Positions 24,791-36,680 of a stretch of DNA of 64,000 nt are shown here, piece by piece. The notes under the pieces are model-generated. The model saw nothing but the letters and a program-made list of their open reading frames with translations. It had not been told where the DNA came from and searched no databases. How positions within the stretch are numbered: position 1 is the first letter of the stretch; every line of letters begins with the position of its first letter. The position numbers and the translations under genes are program-made. The stretch lies in the NCBI GenBank assembly GCA_965287045.1, contig OZ336882.1, positions 20,336,001 through 20,400,000 of the forward strand, written 5' to 3'. Source of the stretch: Carcharhinus amblyrhynchos. Its lineage: Eukaryota.

Positions 24791-25294
24791 AGCCCGTTGA
24801 TTTGACTTTTTTTTAATGGCCCTATCTGTACAGCAAAGCATCTCCTCTTTTCAAATATGCCAAATACTGCTTGGAATCTCACCCTTCTCTAATCAGGAAA
24901 ACTCTCTTTTAAAACCAAACAGAGAGCTTCCACCCATTTTCAACTATGTAGTGAGTCTCCCACTCTGCTGCTACACACTGCAACAAGTGTGCGGACCTGT
25001 ATCTTAAAGTAGTCTACCTGATCTTTTTTCCAGTAAGAAATGCAATACTAATTTTATCCCTTTGTTTCTTACTTGATCTTTCTTCACTGGCACTTCAATC
25101 TTGAATTCTGTTGTTTACTTCCCCCAACTTTCGAACATTTGAAGTGCAAAGACTCACAATGTTTTATTACTAATTTAGGTTATTTTCTCAATGTTCTCAA
25201 CAAAACAAAATCCTGACTCATTGCCAATTTTATTTTTGTACTTTCCTATGTTTGGGTCTTAAACAAAAAGAAAAAAATGTGGTTTGTACACAGA

Positions 25295-26011
25295 GGGCCC
25301 AATTAGACCATCAAGTTGCACTCGTTTTCAGATGCAAAAACTTGGTAAAATTGGCTTGAGGCGAGTAGCGCGATCCGCGCCCACCTCCGCACCTGTTACC
25401 CCCTTTCCCAATGACTGAAAATGGCCACGGTCGGGGGGTGGGGTGGGGTCGGGGGAGACCGTGACTGAAACAGGCACAATGTCAATTTAAATGCATTTGC
25501 TCTCTGGTGAATGGGGTGGGAGGTGGGTCAGATGGCTCTCTGGTTGGGGGTTGGTGGAGGGCAGGGGTAGGGAAGTCCGCTGCCACTCTGCATGTGATCA
25601 GTGGAGGGAAATAGGGGGGAGGGGGTCTGCTGCCACTCTGCGTGTGATCAGTGGAGGGAGGGGTGGGGCACCACGATCAGTCTGGGTAGCGGGGTGGGTG
25701 GGGGGATAAGTGGTCAATTATGTTGTGGGGGTAGGGCAATGTCTGTGAGCAATGCAGGGGGGGGTGTGCATTATCTGGCCCAAATGTGGCAAGGGAGCGT
25801 TTTTCCATGTTTTTTACTGCGCATGCGCAGCTGAAGACTGCAATCTGAGCTGCTGCATTTTGGGCATGATAAGCCCCACCCACAGGCTTCTGCAGGCAAT
25901 TGAATATTTTCAGGCACAGTGCGTATGGGAACGCCACAGAATGGGTCTAAACGTTGGACCTGAAACATTCCCAGTTTCAAGTCCGCCCAGCATTTCGAAT
26001 TAAAGTGGCCC
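25295..26011. mobile_element. Harbinger/PHIS-like element, same family as 10473-11141
   Basis: Starts GGGCCCAATTAGACCATCAAGTT; shares CTTGGTAAA...GAGGCGAGTAGC.CGATCC with the other copy; ends GGCCC; flanks AGA/ATA. Confidence 0.65.
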
Positions 26012-26450
26012 ATAGACACAGATTTATTGTCGGAGTTGTTGCCTGTACAGAATAGAAAATGAAACTATAGGAACATATATGAAACATTCCAGTAACATCA
26101 CCATCAAAACACTTGACTGGCTCTTAAAGCAATCATATGATCACTTAATTATATAACATTGCCACATTCCCTACCAAGTTATATCAACAAAGTAAGACCT
26201 GTTACAAGGAAATTTGCTCTCTCTGTAGCAACCTGCCATACTTACTTTACAGACCTACTCTTGATATAGGTGCCCAGTGCTTCAGACTCCAGGTCTGAAG
26301 ACAAGTGCAGCAATAATGGATTAGCAAGTTGAATATTAGAGCTCAGGCTACTAATGAAACAGAATATGCATTGCAATTGTTGAACTTAAATTTCAACATA
26401 ATCATAACAAAGTTAGTAATTTAAAATTATCATCTGGTACCTAGGCAAAG

Positions 26451-26576
26451 ATGTGGAGATGCCGGCGTTGGATTGTGGTAAACACAGTAACAAGTCGCAC
26501 AAGCCACCAGCTTTCGGAGTACTGCCCCTTCATTAGGTGAGTGGGAGTTCTGTTCACAAACAGGGCATATAAAGAC
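26451..26576 (-). mobile_element. 126-bp Penelope-like mini-insert with a perfect 12-bp target-site duplication
   Basis: ACCTAGGCAAAG at 26439-26450 and 26577-26588; minus strand reads CCTAATGAAGGGGCAGTACTCCGAAAGCT. Confidence 0.75.
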
Positions 26577-26740
26577 ACCTAGGCAAAGCACAAATATCAA
26601 GCCATTAAGTAAATGCAGTGACATTCCTGCAGTGCATGAGATTGAGCATCATGTAATCAATGCTCCAGGAATTCATCCTGCCAGAGATGGTAAGCCTAGC
26701 AATATGATATGAAGAATAAAATTGATTTTGTTTTGTCATT

Positions 26741-26868
26741 GGCTGGAATTCTCCAACCTCGCCCTCAGCTGGAATTTTCCAGTCCTGTTGCTGTGAACAG
26801 AGATTTGGCTGAGTGTCAAATTCTCCATTCTTGTTAGTGAGGCATTTGAAACTGGAGAATTTCCGGCC
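26741..26868. mobile_element. MITE (Harbinger-like) with ATT TSD
   Basis: ATT|GGCTGGAATTCTCC ... GGAGAATTTCCGGCC|ATT. Confidence 0.75.
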
Positions 26869-27248
26869 ATTAAATCTCATCTCATGCTCACATGGCTTAA
26901 ACATCATTCTTATAAGTTCTGGCTTGCAAATCACTTATCCTATATAACGCATTATCTGCCAGCTGTTGTACAAAATTTTCCATCAGTCATCCATTACATA
27001 ATTTATCTCTAATTCTCTGCACTGTCCTTCATATGATATTGTCTTCCTTTATATAATCCAGCATGTGTAGTTCAAAATACACATATATTTTAAAATATTC
27101 ATTGTTTTTATTTTGGTGAACAGTATCAGCTCTCTAAGGCTTAAATTTTGGTTATATTGTTGCACCTGCTAAAATAAATATATCAATATTTATTTATCAA
27201 TCCAATATTTACAATTCTCAACCTATGTAGGTAATTACATGATTATGA

Positions 27249-27553
27249 GGGGCAGCACAGTGGCACAGTGGTTAGCACTGCTGCCTCACAGCACCAGGGA
27301 CCCGGGTTCAATTTCCAGTTTGGGTCACTGTCTATGTGGAGCTTGCAGGTTCTCTCCATGTCTGCGTCGGTTTCCTCCGGGTGCTCCAGTTTCCTCCCAC
27401 AGTCCAAGAGACTTGCTGATTAGATGCATTGAATGTACTAAATTCTCCCTCAGAGTACCTGAACAGGCACCGGAATGTGGCAACTGTGGGACTTTCACAA
27501 TAACTTTATTGCATTGTTAATGTAAGTCTACTTGTGATAAATAAATAAACTTT
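27249..27553 (+). mobile_element. V-SINE-type tRNA SINE with AATAAATAAACTTT tail
   Basis: GGGGCAGCACAGTGGCACAGTGGTTAGCACTGCTGCCTCACAGCACCAGGGACCCGGGTTCAATT; tail GTAAGTCTACTTGTGATAAATAAATAAAC. Confidence 0.9.
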
Positions 27554-27603
27554 CAATGTAAATATGTTCAATTAGTAAAAGGGTGATGGTATTGAAGTAT
27601 ATG

Positions 27604-27812
27604 GGGTGATGTTCTCCAGCCTCCCAGCCGTGTGTTTCCCATCAGTGGGAAATGCTGTAATATTTGCTTGTAGTGGGATTTTCTGATCCTGCTGCTGTCG
27701 ATGGGAATTCTCACTGACGTCACCCTATGCCAGTGGCAAACCCACGGGCGGGGGTACACTGCCAGCGGGATCAGAGAATCCCGCCAGCGTAAACAGCCAG
27801 AGAATTCCGGTC
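27604..27812. mobile_element. MITE (Harbinger-like) with ATG TSD and internal palindromes
   Basis: ATG|GGGTGATGTTCTCC ... AGAGAATTCCGGTC|ATG; internal GGGATTTTCTGATCC / GGATCAGAGAATCCC. Confidence 0.65.
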
Positions 27813-27884
27813 ATGTACTTAGGGATAGAAGTACGATTGTAAACTCATTTCAAGGTCAGCACATATATGCTAATCATAAAATCT

Positions 27885-28195
27885 GACAGTGCAGAAGGAA
27901 GCCATTCGGCCCATTGAGTCTGCACCAACCACAATCCTACCTAGGCCCCATACCTATAACCCCACGCATTTAACCTAGCTAGTCCCTTGATATCAAGGAC
28001 CAATTTAGCATGGCCAGTCCATCTAAACCACACATTTTTGGACTTGGGAGGAAACCGGAGCACCCAGAGGAAACCCACGCAGACACATGGGGAATGTGCA
28101 AACTCCACACAGACAGTGACCCAAAACGGGAATCAAACCCATGTCCCTGGCACTGTAAAGCAGCGGTGCTAACTATTGTGCCACCATGCTACCCC
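27885..28195 (-). mobile_element. HE1/V-SINE-type SINE with CR1-type tail
   Basis: ACAGTGCAGAAGGAAGCCATTCGGCCCA tail; head TGTGCCACCATGCTACCCC. Confidence 0.88.
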
Positions 28196-31100
28196 TCATA
28201 ATAATGTAATTACTTACATAGGTTGAGGATTGTTAAGATTAAGTTTCACATATATTTGATGGGAATATTTTTACTGAAATAAAATATTCAGTATTTTTTT
28301 GAATATAATATGTGTTTTCTGAACTTTACTCTCTGAAACTCTCTTCCACCTCCTTTCTATTTTACTAATTGCCTTCAAAAGCATTCTTGAAAGCAACTTT
28401 GTCAAATCCTTGAATATTTTTACTCAACTTTTAGAAAAAGATTCAAAGTTTATTTTTCTCTTCCTCAAACGATATGTTTTACCTTAGTGCATCGGAAATA
28501 ATATTAAAGTTCAGTTTACCATTTCAACTTTATTTTTTAAATTCTTAAGTTCTTTGTGTATAAAAATAAAATGCAGCAATTTTAAGTCAGCCACTGGGTG
28601 GTGATATTATTTCTCGCCATCAAAGAGTGTAAGTTAGATTTTCTTTTGAGGATTGGGCAGTTTAAGAATTTGAATCCAATGAACCAACTTTGAAACAGAA
28701 AGGCATTAATTCACAGAGTAAGTTGAAAGATTTGTGCAACTCTATCTGCCTTATAATTAGAATCTATGGCTCAGTTACAATGCACACCCTCTGAAAGTTA
28801 ACATTATCTTTCACCTTTGTTTCATTATTTTCTTGATTTCTTTTTCCCAGACATAACTAGACATAACCCAGGCAACCCGACACCTCCCCCAGCCATCCCA
28901 TTCATGTTCTAGTTTAGTAGGAGGTGCATTGGCTAAGATCAGGAATTCACTGTGCTGATTCTTGTGTTTATATCACGACAAAGGTGCCCACATCTTATTT
29001 TTCCAACATGCAGTGCAAATTTGCCACAGTTTTGTTTCACTTACAGGGTGAAAGGATTTTCAAACACATCTGTACATTATTATCTTTATAAAATTATGTA
29101 TTTTTAATCTTTTATGAAGACTACACCATGTTGCTTCATTGGACTTACTGAAATAATTTTTATTTTTCAAAAGTTATTTGGAAGAAAATGTTCAGTTTAG
29201 GTGCCACGGTCATGCATCACAGGGTAAAGTATCAGTTGCATTGTTCCTAAATACAAGGGTAACAATCTATAAGTATAATGTATAAATAAACATATTTTAA
29301 ACTTTTTATCAATTATATTATTAATTTTAATATAACATAAATATAACAAGGACACAGGGATCTGGTTTACATCCCACTTATGCTAATTAAAATGTAACAG
29401 GTTGGCCCTCTAAGTGAAAACATACTCCTCAAAAAGGCATCTTCTTCTATTTGTGCTGCACATGTGGACAGAGAAGTAACAATAAAAGGTCAGATGTAAT
29501 AGGATTCATTATCAGCTTTTAATTAGTGATACCCTGCTTGGTATGATTCATTTTGTTATGCATTTTTGCCTTTTGTCTTTGACCTATAGCGTTTGATCAA
29601 ACTTAAAGTATCTGTAATCAAACAAATCATTAGAACAATGATTATAATAATAAGGGGAACTGTAAAAGAAACAAATAAATTACAACAATATGGGTAAAAC
29701 CCCATTTTTATTTACCTGTAATTTGCAATAAACAAATTGAAAACTTTAGCCAATTGCCAGGGCTTGTAATGTCTAAATGCTTCCAAGTGTACATATTTTC
29801 TATTAATTTTCTGTGTATAGTACAAGAGCTATTGGCCACTATTCAGAAAAACCTACTTCAGAAATAAGATTGCTGCACTTGTAGGCAAATAGGCTATCAT
29901 AATTACACTGGAGGCATTCTGGGAAAGCTACAGGTTCTTCTGTGCATGCTGGGAAATGCTAAGCACAGGGAACGGATTCACAAGCTCATACAGCAGATGC
30001 TTCCAATTAAAATTTTAGTAGTATGCTTGAATAGGGTCTAACAAAGCAGACCAATGAATTGATTAATGCCATGTAGTTCTTAAGTATGTGGTGTAAAGAT
30101 CACTTGGAGAATCCATGGATCATGAAAGGTATCGTCTTTATCATGACTTAAGCATTATAAACCAATAAAAGATGACCAAAGATTATGGTGACTCACTACA
30201 GGGTTTAGTCCCAGCATTTCTGAAGGAGGTAAAACTGCATGACACCATATCATTTACCTATTATAACAACAGAGATTGCACGTCTTGCATTTCATGTCAT
30301 GGAGGGATAGTCTTAACACCGGAACACATCGGTGATGCATTGAAGACAGACTGTAAACCTAAATTTCCTAAGCCATGCTTTAATCTTGGACATTAATCTG
30401 AAATTGTTACTAAGCAAAACCCAGCTAGAGATGCTGAAATGCACTTAAATACGATTACTTGTATAATGATATGGATTTTGCTGATCAATATTAAAAATAC
30501 AATTGATTCGTTGTTACCATCAATGCTGAATTTTGCGACAATGTTAGTTGTGTTAAATAGAAGTTGATGCATCTTTGTGTTGAATTTGATTTTTGATGAC
30601 TGTTAAATGTGTGTTAATTTACACTTGATTCACTGTTGTACTGTAATTGATTTAATTAACTATTGATATGATTTGTACTGGAAAAAAACATTGCAGTCCA
30701 AAGGCTGGTTGAGTTGAGTTAGGAGTCACATATAAAAACGGCACGTCCCAATCAAATATTCTGATGTGTATGCAGCAATGAATAATGGGCAGGACAAGGT
30801 CATAAGATTGTGTCCGAAGCTCCAGAAGCAGAGGCGCAGGGGAAACATCACCAGGAAAAAGCTACAAAAAAAAGGCTTTGAAGCTGAAGGCAGAGATTTT
30901 AATTTTTTTACTGTATCACAAGAGAAGACTCCAATGAATCTCCTTTGGGAGTCCAGCTTCAAAGTGCAGAGATGGCAGAACTTTCAAGGATGAATTAAAC
31001 CTTTTAAAATTCCAGACTGCAGCAAGTCCTGAGAAATGTTTAAAGTAATTCCGTATCCAAAGTGCAGCTTGAGAGAAACCTGTCGTTAAAACCCATTCTG

Positions 31101-31638
31101 AGACAAAGCCTAAACCCGTGGCACCCGAGCTCACCAGAAAAATAAAATTAATTTTGAGAACATCACAGCTATTCAGCTCGCTAAAAATCGAGGAAAGCTT
31201 GAATTTGATGAATACATGTACCAGCAAAGTAAAAAGCTAAACAAGAGAAGTCTGCAGGCAGCCAATCCAGACAAGCACTGTTAAAGAAACTTTTCAAGCT
31301 GAGCACCATTAACATTGTTGTGGAGCCTACCAGAAACCAGCAAGCATTGGAAACTCATTTGTTTCTGAGTGAACAGTGACACCATCTTGAAATCCAGAAA
31401 GCTCTTAAAGTAGAACATACACTTCTAAAAATGTAACTATAGATCAGAATTCTGCATTTCCAAATGAGTTTGCATTAATCCAAGATCTAGATCCAGATCA
31501 AAAAACTGCGGAATTTGGAGGAAAGGGTTCTTAAGGTATAGCATCACTTCAGGTTTATATAAAAAGTCAGAAGAAGACCAAGTGAATTTGTTATTTTACA
31601 CACAAAGCCTCTTTTTGGGCAATATTATTACGAGACAA

Positions 31639-31766
31639 GGGGTGAAATTTTCCTGCCCTGCCTGCTGTGGGAATCATAGTGGGTGGGACATGGACATGCA
31701 AAGGTCCGTTTACCTCGGGCAGGATTTTCCGGCCTTGGGGTGGGTGTAGCCATAAAATCCCACCCA
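31639..31766. mobile_element. MITE (Harbinger-like)
   Basis: GGGTGAAATTTTCC ... AAAATCCCACCC inverted termini. Confidence 0.5.
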
Positions 31767-31829
31767 GGGAATTAATGAATCATTTGCAAAATTCAAAGAG
31801 GTGTTAAAACCATTCAACATTTATTTTAT

Positions 31830-32485
31830 TCTAAGAAGCAAATTCTCAAAAAAGCTAAATTCAATGAGAGAGTCCAACAGCTGGAAGAAACTGTTGATTC
31901 ATTCATCAATGATCTGTACAGGATGGCCGAAAGTTGCAAGTATGGAGACTTAAAATCTGTGCTCATCAGAGACAGAATAGAGGTAGGAGTAATGGATGGT
32001 GCATTCTCTAACCTCATGTAAGCAAAGGAAGATCTAACCTCAAAAACGCAATCCAGATAGTCAGAACTCCTCGAACAGCACAGAACCATTTTGAGGGGAG
32101 AGAATAAACTGTGGTGCAGAAGCCAACCCACAGTTCGGACACAACAGACACAAGAATTCTCCAGGCCAGGGAAAGCAATAGCCAACCCAGCCAGCAGAGC
32201 GACTATATCAATGGTGTTGAGCAAATCACAGGTGAGATCAATATCCTGCAATTTCAGCTCAATGTTTTCAGTACAACAGGATTCGCGACCATGCCAAACC
32301 GTACAGGGAAAAAAAATTCTGAACTGCGCAGAAGGCCCAAAGGCTTTCCATGAGGTCATGATTGCAAGCCTTGAAGAAACACAACCATGCTTCTTGGGTA
32401 AGATCGAAGGTCTTGGTTTCTTATTTGGGAATGCACACATTTCAGTCAATGGCCATTTAACACATTTTAAATGGAGACAGCTTCC
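31830..32485 (+). mobile_element. Decayed Gypsy gag-protease fragment
   Basis: From 31851: KAKFNERVQQLEETVDSFINDLYRMAESCKYGDLKSVLIRDRIEVG; later ISVNGHLTHFK just before a broken DTG protease motif. Confidence 0.8.
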
Positions 32486-32739
32486 AGCTTGTACTCTTTA
32501 CTACACATTTGTAAATAGTTATTAAAGTCAGTAAGTTATGGTTAACGTATGTATGACTACGAAAACTTCTTCAGACTTACCAAACTGTAATCAATACCCT
32601 ACAACAAGTGTGCCATGTGGCTTGCAAGAGAAATTGTTCCCACAAGAACCTTGGCAAGTTGCTACAGTGTATCTTGTAGATGGTATACAGTGCTGCCACA
32701 GTGGAGCGTTCTGTAAACATAGGTTTTAAGGCAATTGCA

Positions 32740-33005
32740 GAACAACCAGAGGCAATATGAAGAAAACGTTTTTTTACAAGGTGAGTTATTATGCTCTGTT
32801 GTGAATAGCCTGAATGGGTGGTAGAAGTAAATTCAGAATAGTATCTTTCAAAGGGTAATTAGATAAATACCCAAAGATGAGAAATTTGCCCGGTCATGGG
32901 TATAGGGCAGGGGTGTTGACTAATTAGATAGCTCTTTCAATGAGCCAGTACAGGTATGATGAACTAAATGGCCTCTTTTTTTGTTGTATCATTCTGTGAT
33001 TCTAA
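32740..33005 (+). mobile_element. Old CR1 3' end
   Basis: GATAGCTCTTTCAATGAGCCAGTACAGG...AAATGGCCTC...ATTCTGTGATTCTA. Confidence 0.65.
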
Positions 33006-34124
33006 AAGCTTTACCAACTTGTTTTTCCCCTTTCAACAATTTGTGTACGCTCACAGTGTATATGCATTGGAGATAATGCACAAAACATAAAGTGCATGAT
33101 ACAAGGGAAACTGTCATCTTTTATCCTGGGTTAAATTTATAAATATAGGACTTGGCACTTTGCATACAATACATGGTGACGACATTGCCATCTTTCTCTG
33201 CCAAATTCTATGCAGAAGGGCAAAGTTAAACATCACTCTGCTAGTGTGTTTGGTGAGGGGACAAAGGGCACTGCAGAGCTGATTTCCTGGGTCCTTTTGT
33301 GTTCTCAGTAAACCACTAAGGAAAATTTTCCAAGACATTTCTGCCCTCATTACATTTGCCCCTGACTTTATCTTATATGTTATTATACTGTCTGATAAAT
33401 AAGAAAAGTAAACAAGAGTTTTGGTATTTACTCAAGAAATGCATTGTGCGTTTCCCTTTCTGCATTTTCTCTCATTGAAGAACACCTTGGTTCTCAATTA
33501 TCACCTTCAGAATGCAGGGCCTCGCTTTATAAATAGTGTGTGCACTACAACCGTCTTACATACTGATTGTGGTTTCTACATCTTGCAAAGGAACAATGCA
33601 CTACCCCATAACATTTCCCAGCTGCCCAGTCTTTGTTGCTACAAGTATCAGAATAGTCTCATTAAGAAAATGCTCTATTCAATGTGAAATGTGTCACATG
33701 ATGCACAGTCAGACACAAGGGCTTTTCTGTTTAATCCATGATGTATGCAAAGTGCACTACAACATGAGAAGAGGGGCACCCTCTGGGTCACTGACTCTTT
33801 AGTCTATTTTCAATTCTTGACAGAATGTGATGCCTTTTGTATATAGCTGACCTCCTGCAGATTCATTACACATCTTATTTTAACATGTTTGAAAACTGTC
33901 GCCAGGGCATTAATGGTAACTTCCATAAATTCTGTCACATAGCAGTCCTACTTGGAGATGCTATCACTTCTGGTGGTGTGTGGCTGGGAAAGAAAAAGAC
34001 AAAGGTGGATAATGGTTGATGGTAATATACAAAGCAGAAATCATGTGTTTGTTCCTTTGATTTGCTACATAATAAGTTACTGATCTCAGAGAATGCAGGG
34101 AATTATAATTAAACAAAGTATTTC

Positions 34125-34675
34125 ACTTTTCCCCCTCACTTATTCTTCCCTTTTTCTTTTGATCCTCCTTCATCTCTCCTTTCCCCCATTCCTCTCCTTT
34201 CCTCACCCATTTCACTCCTCCTTCTCGCCCTCCTCTCCATGTGTCTTGTCATGTTTTCTCCCTCTCCATCCACTTATCCTAGTTAATCTTTCCTTCTCTC
34301 GCCTCCTCCCATCCTCCTCCATCTCTTTTTTTTCTGGTTCCTTTCTCCTTCCCCTCTTTTTCTCCTTCCCTCCGCATATCCCGCTCTTTTCCTGTCACCA
34401 ACTTTCATTGTTCCTTCCTTTCCCAGATCTTTTCCCCTTCTCTTCTTTATCTCATTGCCATCTCCATCTCCATGTCTCCCTTCTTCCTGTTCCATCCAAG
34501 TTCAGATCTCCTTTGCTTCTCCTATTCTTGCTTTTCTTTCCTGTTCCCAGCCCTCCTCTTCCCCTTCCCTCTCTTCTTCCCTGCATTCTCCTCTTCCCTT
34601 CCAACTCCTCATTACCTCCCCTTCCCTCCTACTCTCCACCAAATTAACTGCTCCTTTTCTCTTTCCTTTCTTTGT
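34125..34675 (+). repeat. About 550-bp low-complexity polypyrimidine (CT-rich) tract
   Basis: Strongly C/T-dominated sequence with no fixed period. Confidence 0.9.
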
Positions 34676-34837
34676 TTCAATCTGCTCAGGAACAGTGACT
34701 CCGTTGAATCAGTGGGCTAGTGCAACATAATCAGTAGTGAAGAAGTGCAGCCAAGTCCCATGCTTTCAAGCAATTTGCCTTTTGTCACAAAAGACCCACT
34801 ATTAATCATAGATTTTTCTACTGCAAAGTAACACATT

Positions 34838-36680
34838 GGCCAGGATTTTTACAAAGAGGTGCAGGTGATAGGGCTAGTAACAGGGGCACTGGTGCTCCCA
34901 ACCCTTCATTGCACAGCTATCTCTCACTGGCTGCCCAATTAACTGCTGGTACGCTTGCGGGGGTGAGGTTCTGAGCGGGATGGAGACAGGCATTGACTAG
35001 GCAGCCACAGTGATGTCAGCTTGAGTTGATGGATGTGTTGGTCTCACTTTAAAGGGTTGCCAGCACCAGAACTTAACTAAAGACTTCCCTCTTTAAAGAT
35101 TTCCCTCCTTAAAGCCTTCCTGGATTGAAGCCGGTCTTACCTAAAAATTCAGCTGGCAGTGCAACTTTGCCAGTGGAAGAAGGCCGTCAGGTCAGTGAAG
35201 CAGCCAATATTTCGGAAAGTAGAATGGAGCGCTTGTTGGCATGGCAGAAGGGAAGCTCTCAGGTCAATGACACCTCCCTGTATGTTTTCCTCCAGGAGAC
35301 AAATCAAAAAAGGCAGGAGGTCCTCTTCACCAGGGATAGAAAGATAAGACCTCCCCACCCAACCAAACAAGCAAGGACAGATTGCGGCGATGTTAGCAGT
35401 TATGGGGTCATCCAGAGAACTTGGCTGCAGTGCTGAAAGCGTTTGAATGATCTCTGTTTGGCCAATGTAAGTACCCATACCATGGTTCCCTCAAGGATTA
35501 ATAAATGGGATAAAATGTGAGGCTGCAGTTGCTGGGAAGCAGCACTCCATTCAGTTGGTGACAATTGAGTCAGGTAGCAGCATCTTACGTGAAAGGAAAA
35601 GATGTAATTAATCAATGGGCGCGACTCTGAAAATGGCAACATTTGCAACACTGCTTCAGAGCAGCCTAATACCGGATACATTTGAATGCCTCTAAAATGA
35701 ACAGTCTGGTGCCATGCATCTAGGCATTGTGCTGTTGTACAGCAACTAACATTCCTCCTACACAATAAATGCTGGAAGATCTGACATCTGTGGAGAGAGG
35801 AAGGAGCTAACATTTCGAGTCTGGATGGTCATCCAAACTTGAAATGTTGGCTCTATTCTCTCTCCACATATTCTGTCTGACCTGCTGAGATTTTACAGCA
35901 TTTTCTGCTTTTATTTCAGATTCCAGCATCTGCAGTAATTTGCATTGAACATTCCTCTTACTTGTTCCTGTAGAAAAGTGCCCACAATGTGAAAGAAAGG
36001 TCCCAAACCTGCAAAGGTGTTCCATTTGTTAATCCTTGAGGGAACCATGGTATGGGTACTTACATTGGCCAAACAGAGATCATTCAAATGCTTTCAGCAC
36101 TGCAGCCAAGTTCTTTGAATGTCCGCATGACTACTAACCATCTCCGCAAACTGTCATTGCTTGCTTGATTAGGTGGGGAGGTCTTGCCTTTCTATCCCTG
36201 GTGAAGAGGACCTCCTGCCTTTTCTGATTTATCTCATGGAGAAGAACACGCAGGGAGGTGTCACTGACCTGAGAGCTTCCCTTCTGCTGCGCCAACAAGC
36301 ACCTCATTCTATGTTCCCTCACATTGCCTGCTTCGCTGACCTGATGGCCTTCTTCCACTGCAGATGGTGAGATAGGGATGTGGACACAAGAGAGTGGAGT
36401 CAGCTCATAATCAAGCATAAAGGAGCCTTAGGCGAGCACAAAGAATAATGTTTTTGTATCCTTCATTGTACATGCATTTATCTGAACACCAGTTGATTCT
36501 GGAGGCTTGCATTTGGAAGGGCAAAACTCTTTGATCTCTTTGTCTCACATGACAGGTGCAGAATGCAGCACTGACATGACCTGCTGCCTTGTTCCTACCT
36601 TGATATACATGCTGAGGATCTGACACGCCATGTCCCATGCAAATTTTGCAAAAATGTAATGGGCCTGTAAAGTCCTGGCC
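34838..36680. mobile_element. Harbinger-like element containing two inverted Myb/SANT-like exons
   Basis: TIRs GGCCAGGATTTTTAC / GTAAAGTCCTGGCC; flanks ATT/AAT; arms 35171-35508 and 36022-36360 are reverse complements encoding ...QEVLF.RD...TWLQC*KRLNDL followed by GTAAGT. Confidence 0.7.
35765..35945. mobile_element. Palindromic Penelope-end-derived repeat
   Basis: TGTGGAGAGAG..AGCTAACATTTCGAGTCTGGATG-GT-CATCCAAACTTGAAATGTTGGCT..CTCTCTCCACA. Confidence 0.7.

Noticed and set aside
30405-31635. Possible 5' LTR of the Gypsy fragment at 31830
   Set aside because: No clear TG..CA termini, PBS or second LTR copy could be identified
31826-32449. 207-aa minus-strand ORF
   Set aside because: Antisense shadow of the decayed Gypsy gag
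34093-34730. 184-aa and overlapping hydrophobic ORFs
   Set aside because: Artefacts of the CT-rich low-complexity tract (few stop codons; F/L/P/S-rich)
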